From assembly GCA_020832235.1 (NCBI GenBank), contig JAFIEZ010000003.1, positions 5,165 through 69,164 of the forward strand: DNA of 64,000 nt, in the 5' to 3' direction. The translations under genes and the position numbers were made by a program. The notes below the pieces were generated by a model. That model was not told where the DNA came from and did no database searches. It saw only the letters and a program-made list of their open reading frames with translations. The stretch is from Bacteroidota bacterium (GTDB lineage Bacteria > Bacteroidota > Rhodothermia > Balneolales > HLUCCA01). Of this stretch, positions 59,597 to 64,000 are shown piece by piece; position 1 is the stretch's first letter; each line of letters begins with the position of its first letter.

Positions 59597-60028
59597 TTAT
59601 TTAATTTCAACAAGTTCGATGTCGAAATTCAAAGCCTGACCAGCCAGAGGATGATTGGCATCGAGTGTGATGTGCGTATCGGTTACCGTTTTAACCACTA
59701 CAGGCATGGGTTGTCCGTTAGGTTGCTGAACCTGCAATTGCATACCAACTTCCGGGGTGATGTCTGCAGGAAGCTTACTCCGTTCAACTTCAACAATCAT
59801 TTCTTCTCGAGCTTCACCGTAAGCTTCGTCAGCGGGTATGCGAACTTGGGTTGTATCACCAACTTTCATTCCGGTCACAGCTTTTTCAAATCCGGGGATT
59901 AACTGACCCTGACCCATAGTAAATTCGAGGGGTTCGTTACGCTCTCTTGAGCTGTCAAAAGTTACACCATCGTCGGTTGTTCCGGTGTAGTGTACACGTA
60001 CAGTATCGTTTTCTTTTACAGTAGACAA
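59597..60028 (-). CDS. FKBP-type peptidyl-prolyl isomerase (SlyD/SlpA-like, no His-rich tail)
   Basis: VHYTG, FDSS, LIPGFE, AYG and DANHPLAG motifs. Confidence 0.92.
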   Translation of the reverse strand: MSTVKENDTVRVHYTGTTDDGVTFDSSRERNEPLEFTMGQGQLIPGFEKAVTGMKVGDTTQVRIPADEAYGEAREEMIVEVERSKLPADITPEVGMQLQVQQPNGQPMPVVVKTVTDTHITLDANHPLAGQALNFDIELVEIK

Positions 60029-60265
60029 AATATTTTCCGATTGATTAAAAATTTACTGAATGGTTAAAGATAACTATCCTAAAAGAGAAGTGCTTAAAAA
60101 TCGGAAATTACCCGTAAAGAGGGCTTTACGAACGTATAAAAGAAATAAAAATGGCAGATAGATGTAGAATTTATTCGCCGGGGCTGCTTTTTTTTAAATG
60201 CATGACTGTCTCAAAATAATGTCATAATTTTCATGGCTACCTAAAAAACATGAAACCAAAACAAA

Positions 60266-61951
60266 ATGAAGTTTTTTGCATCCCAGCTAGCCTTTTTCGT
60301 GCAGAATCCAAAAGCTAAAACGAATATTGGTCGGCTGTTGAAATTTGGATTGGTACTATTGATAATTGTAATCGTATATGCTCTGATCTTTCATTGGCTT
60401 ATGATCAGAGAAGGTCAGGAACATAGTTTGCTTACTAGTCTCTACTGGACATTGACGGTAATGTCAACACTTGGCTTTGGTGATATTACATTTACGGGTG
60501 ACGTCGGTCGTTTATTTTCTATTATTGTGCTGATGTCGGGTATAGTGTTTTTACTTGTATTACTGCCCTTTACGTTTATACAATTCTTTTACGCTCCATG
60601 GTTGGAAGCACAAAACCGCAGTAAAGCACCTACTGAATTAGACAATGAAATAAAGGGGCATGTACTTCTTACAAATTATGATCCAATCTCGAGTTCTCTG
60701 ATTACTAAGCTCGAAAACTATGGCTACCAATACTATCTGATAGTTAATGACTTGCAGCAAGCAGTGAATTTTTATGATACTGGAATAAAAGTACTGCTTG
60801 GAGAGCTTGATGATCCTGCAACATTTAAAAAAGCACGCCTAAGTGAAGCTGCCATGCTTGTGGCCACTGGTAACGATATGATCAATACGAACGTGGTTTT
60901 TACAGCACGGGAGATTTGTCCATCTATTCCAATCGCCAGCCTAGCCCACCATGCCGATTCTGTTGATATTCTCAAGCTTGCGGGAAGTACTTCTGTTATC
61001 CAATTGGGTGTATTGATGGGGCAGTCTCTTGCCCGCCGTACTTTGGGGGGAAGCGCTAGGGTACATGTTATAGGACGGTTCGATCAGCTTGTTATCGGGG
61101 AAGCACCGGCAACAGGAACACCACTGGTCGGCAAATCAATTGCAGAGTCGCGCCTGCGAGAGATTATAGGGGTAAATATAATTGGTGTCTGGGAGCGCGG
61201 TGTTTTTGAAATAGCACAACCCGAAACTAAGATAACAGACTTATCCGTATTGGTATTAGCTGGCTCGGTGGACCAACTACGTAATTATGATGAATACTTT
61301 GGAATCTACAATGTAAAAGATGGTCCGGTAATAATAATTGGCGCTGGTAAGGTTGGGCGATCTACGGCAAAATCATTGGCAGACCGTAGAATGGACTTTA
61401 CAGTAGTAGAAAAAGATCCCGCTATGGCTCAATTATGCACTAATACTATTGTTGGTGATGCGGCCGACCGTGAAGTTTTGACCAAAGCTGGTATTGATAA
61501 TGCACATACCGTAATTATCACTACCCATAACGATGATGTTAATATTTACCTCACATTGTACTGTCGCAGGCTTCGACCAGACTTGCATATCATATCACGT
61601 TCTACGCTTGATCGAAACGTATCGACGTTGCACCGAGCCGGCGCCGATTTTGTAATGTCTTATTCTTCCATGGGCTCAAATGCATTTTTCAACGTTCTCG
61701 AGCGCGATGAAGTCCTCATGATTGCGGAGGGACTAAATGTTTTCAGGATGGAGATGCCGAAAATATTTTGTGGTAAAACGATTGCTGAATGTGGAATACG
61801 AAAACTAACAGGTTGCAGTATCATCGCTATTCAGGATGGCGATGATATGATTATTAACCCAGATCCTGACATAAAGTTAACCGCCGGCACTGAAGTCGTA
61901 TTAATCGGAGATTATGATTCGGAAAAAAAATTCGTTGATTTACTGGAATAA
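60266..61951 (+). CDS. 2-TM potassium channel with two RCK (TrkA-N/C) modules
   Basis: Pore TMSTLGFGD; second RCK with GAGKVG; TrkA-C segments. Confidence 0.87.
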   Translation: MKFFASQLAFFVQNPKAKTNIGRLLKFGLVLLIIVIVYALIFHWLMIREGQEHSLLTSLYWTLTVMSTLGFGDITFTGDVGRLFSIIVLMSGIVFLLVLLPFTFIQFFYAPWLEAQNRSKAPTELDNEIKGHVLLTNYDPISSSLITKLENYGYQYYLIVNDLQQAVNFYDTGIKVLLGELDDPATFKKARLSEAAMLVATGNDMINTNVVFTAREICPSIPIASLAHHADSVDILKLAGSTSVIQLGVLMGQSLARRTLGGSARVHVIGRFDQLVIGEAPATGTPLVGKSIAESRLREIIGVNIIGVWERGVFEIAQPETKITDLSVLVLAGSVDQLRNYDEYFGIYNVKDGPVIIIGAGKVGRSTAKSLADRRMDFTVVEKDPAMAQLCTNTIVGDAADREVLTKAGIDNAHTVIITTHNDDVNIYLTLYCRRLRPDLHIISRSTLDRNVSTLHRAGADFVMSYSSMGSNAFFNVLERDEVLMIAEGLNVFRMEMPKIFCGKTIAECGIRKLTGCSIIAIQDGDDMIINPDPDIKLTAGTEVVLIGDYDSEKKFVDLLE

Positions 61952-62148
61952 CGATAACGTCGATATTTTTTTTGGAAAGTACTTTAGAATCCCTTAATAA
62001 TTACTCCTTTTGTGTAAAAATCGCCGTTAAATTCATTTGAGGCAGGTTTATTAGAGAATCCTTATAAATAAGGGATTGGCACATACATTTCTTTCAGCTT
62101 CTTAAATTGGTTAAGAAATCGTGGTTCAAAAAATAAATAATTTTTTTT

Positions 62149-62177
62149 TGTAACAAATTGCCTCCGAAATACTCTTA
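62149..62177 (+). promoter_or_regulatory. Candidate ECF-sigma-type promoter
   Basis: T-tract then TGTAAC (62149-62154), 17-nt spacer, CTCTTA (62172-62177); GGAGG RBS before the ATG at 62207. Confidence 0.35.
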
Positions 62178-62206
62178 TAGGTACATAACCTAAATGGAGG
62201 AAAAAG

Positions 62207-62785
62207 ATGGTTACTTATTTGTTACAAACAGCGCGAGATCTGAAACTCGGCTTCTTTAAACAATATGTCAACATGTTAATTCAGCCTGTCATTTTTGATA
62301 GCAAAAAAAAGCGGAAAGAATCCAGCTCATACACCTGGAAGCCCGATGATAATACAACTTCATCTAGCCTTCAGAATGAGTCACCGGTTTCTGTGCGCTC
62401 TGAAATTTACATGCCCAAAACGCTACATGTTGAAGACAACGCCGAGATACGCTCAATAGTAAATTATTTTCTGCGCAAGCAATATGATATAAATTTTGCT
62501 GAGGACGGCTACAGTGCTCTAGACCTCGTTAAACAAGAAATTTTTGATATCATAATTATGGATATCAACCTTGGAGAGGGTATAGATGGCATCGAAACAG
62601 CACGTCAGATCAGGAAAATTGATAGCTACAAAGATGTGCCGATAATAGCTGTAACCGCGAACTTGTCATCACAGGTTCGTGATCATTGCTTGCAAGCTGG
62701 AATGGATGCTTTTTTACCCAAGCCATTTCGCCGGGAAGATCTCATTAATACAATTAATTTTGTGCTTGAGAGAAAAAGCGCCTGA
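62207..62785 (+). CDS. Response regulator receiver protein with ~68 aa N-terminal extension (alternative start 62411)
   Basis: LHVEDN, IMDINL, IIAVTA and FLPKPF motifs; strong RBS at the upstream ATG. Confidence 0.8.
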   Translation: MVTYLLQTARDLKLGFFKQYVNMLIQPVIFDSKKKRKESSSYTWKPDDNTTSSSLQNESPVSVRSEIYMPKTLHVEDNAEIRSIVNYFLRKQYDINFAEDGYSALDLVKQEIFDIIIMDINLGEGIDGIETARQIRKIDSYKDVPIIAVTANLSSQVRDHCLQAGMDAFLPKPFRREDLINTINFVLERKSA

Positions 62786-62841
62786 TTACGTGCAGCATTG
62801 CACCTTGCATGTACATTTCAATTTACTAAAAGAGTACTACC

Positions 62842-63609
62842 GTGGAAAGAAACGAACAACGTCTTGTTTTTGAAGAGAGAGTAGATCGTTACATCTCGAA
62901 TAAACTCACGCAAGATCAGATTAATGATTTGTGGGTCGAGGTAATTGAGGATAAGCGTAAGTATGAATACCTGAAGACAACGGTGGCGTTAACGAGGTAT
63001 TTTTCCGACTATAATGATGCTTCAGAAGATACATCAGCTACTGCAAAACAATCCTTGAAAAATAATGATCGCGTGAGAAAAGTCCGGAATATTGCAGCAG
63101 CAGCAGGTATCACACTTGCTATTGGGGTAGGTTCTGTATACATGTATTCAATCGACAGCCAAGGTCCACCTGCGCCATTAACATCACTTGATTACGCTGT
63201 GCTACGCGCCGCTGGTGATACCGAAGAAAGACTGACACAGGTAAGCCTTGATATACAGTCAGCCATTACGCTGGCACAAGGTGGAGAGTTTGACCTGGCT
63301 ATACACAGACTCAGAGAAATTTATGATAAACCCGACCTGAGTAATGTCGTAAAGTCTGAGGTGTTAATTAATCAAGGAATTATTGAATATAATAGTGGTG
63401 ATTTCTTTTCTTCTGCGCAATCATTTAGAAGGGTAATCCAAGATTATCCAGATGATATTCTACTAGTAGAGCGTTCAACCTGGTATCTCGCGCAGTCACA
63501 ACTTGCTGCTGGTGATGTTGCTTCAGCACGGGAAACACTCCAGCGTGTATCAGACTACGGCGGTGCTCACAGCAGAGCAGCTAATCGCTATCTGCGCTAT
63601 TTACGATAG
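62842..63609 (+). CDS. Single-TM protein with anti-sigma-like N-terminus and C-terminal TPR repeats
   Basis: EERVDRYISNKLTQDQ N-terminal helices; TM IAAAAGITLAIGVGSVYMY; TPR-like helices ending WYLAQSQL. Confidence 0.7.
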   Translation: MERNEQRLVFEERVDRYISNKLTQDQINDLWVEVIEDKRKYEYLKTTVALTRYFSDYNDASEDTSATAKQSLKNNDRVRKVRNIAAAAGITLAIGVGSVYMYSIDSQGPPAPLTSLDYAVLRAAGDTEERLTQVSLDIQSAITLAQGGEFDLAIHRLREIYDKPDLSNVVKSEVLINQGIIEYNSGDFFSSAQSFRRVIQDYPDDILLVERSTWYLAQSQLAAGDVASARETLQRVSDYGGAHSRAANRYLRYLR

Positions 63610-64000
63610 ATCCGAAATAGTGCCAAAGCTACAAGAAGAGTTATGGTGAGTAAAAGCGCACGCATCCATGGGAATGGAGTATACAGTGGGCCTGGATCAC
63701 CAAATAGGATGAGTGAACCCCAAACCGCGGGATTGCTGTTGGTACTGTTTAAAAAGTCTAGCTTGGCCTTGCGTAAGGCTTCGTCTTTGTTACCGGTTTT
63801 GCCAAGGTGCGAATAAAAGTCGGTCATCAGCGTAGCAGCTGCTTGATCTCGTATTGACCAAAGATTTAGAATCAGGCTTTTTGCCCCTGCATATTTGAGT
63901 GACCTTCCGAGTCCAATAATTCCGCTTCCTGATATAAATGAACCACTGCCTGAATCACATGAACTCAATACAACCAGTTCACTGCGGATGTCGTAGGCAA
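63597..64000 (-). CDS. CHAT domain (caspase-like) protein, C-terminal part, with C-terminal TM helix (5' end outside the window)
   Basis: ELVVLSSCDSGSG (catalytic-Cys motif), AGAKSLILNLWSI, EALRKAKL and PAVWGSLILFG motifs. Confidence 0.85.
   Translation of the reverse strand, partial: AYDIRSELVVLSSCDSGSGSFISGSGIIGLGRSLKYAGAKSLILNLWSIRDQAAATLMTDFYSHLGKTGNKDEALRKAKLDFLNSTNSNPAVWGSLILFGDPGPLYTPFPWMRALLLTITLLVALALFRIYRK

Overview
A 64 kb chromosomal window of mostly housekeeping genes, about 45% GC by eye. The organism is probably a Balneolaeota/Rhodothermota-like (FCB group) bacterium. That is inferred from NxPNPFNP-type secretion C-terminal domains (CTDs), TAnnTTTG promoter elements and gene content. 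From left to right it carries: (1) a peptidoglycan-recycling-type cluster (partial GT2, AmpG-like MFS with a large insertion, NamZ) downstream of two secreted CTD proteins; (2) a divergent HK/OmpR two-component pair; (3) blh-crtY-flavin reductase; (4) amtB plus an outer-membrane barrel; (5) rarA, an acyl-CoA carboxylase beta subunit, an ABC ATPase and an M29 aminopeptidase; (6) two more large secreted proteins with structured leaders; (7) relA/spoT, HU/IHF, yqgF, def, fmt, an ankyrin protein, pruA and an unusual gap; (8) hisI/hisE, gltB and hisF; (9) an MntR-like repressor converging on a DUF1538-DUF1538-tandem-PII operon that has a DtxR/MntR-like box; (10) sucD, dnaG, suhB, GH84, NagX-like, bshB1-LOG-iscS, pgk, an FKBP and a K+ channel; (11) a receiver/anti-sigma-like TPR/CHAT protease module at the right edge. 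I saw no rRNA, tRNA, CRISPR array, transposase or prophage. The best candidate for an undescribed system is the putative Mn-regulated DUF1538/PII transporter. Next are the CHAT/anti-sigma module, a GNRA-rich leader RNA and a euglenozoan/spirochete-type GAPDH. All family assignments come from motif recognition by eye, not from database searches.
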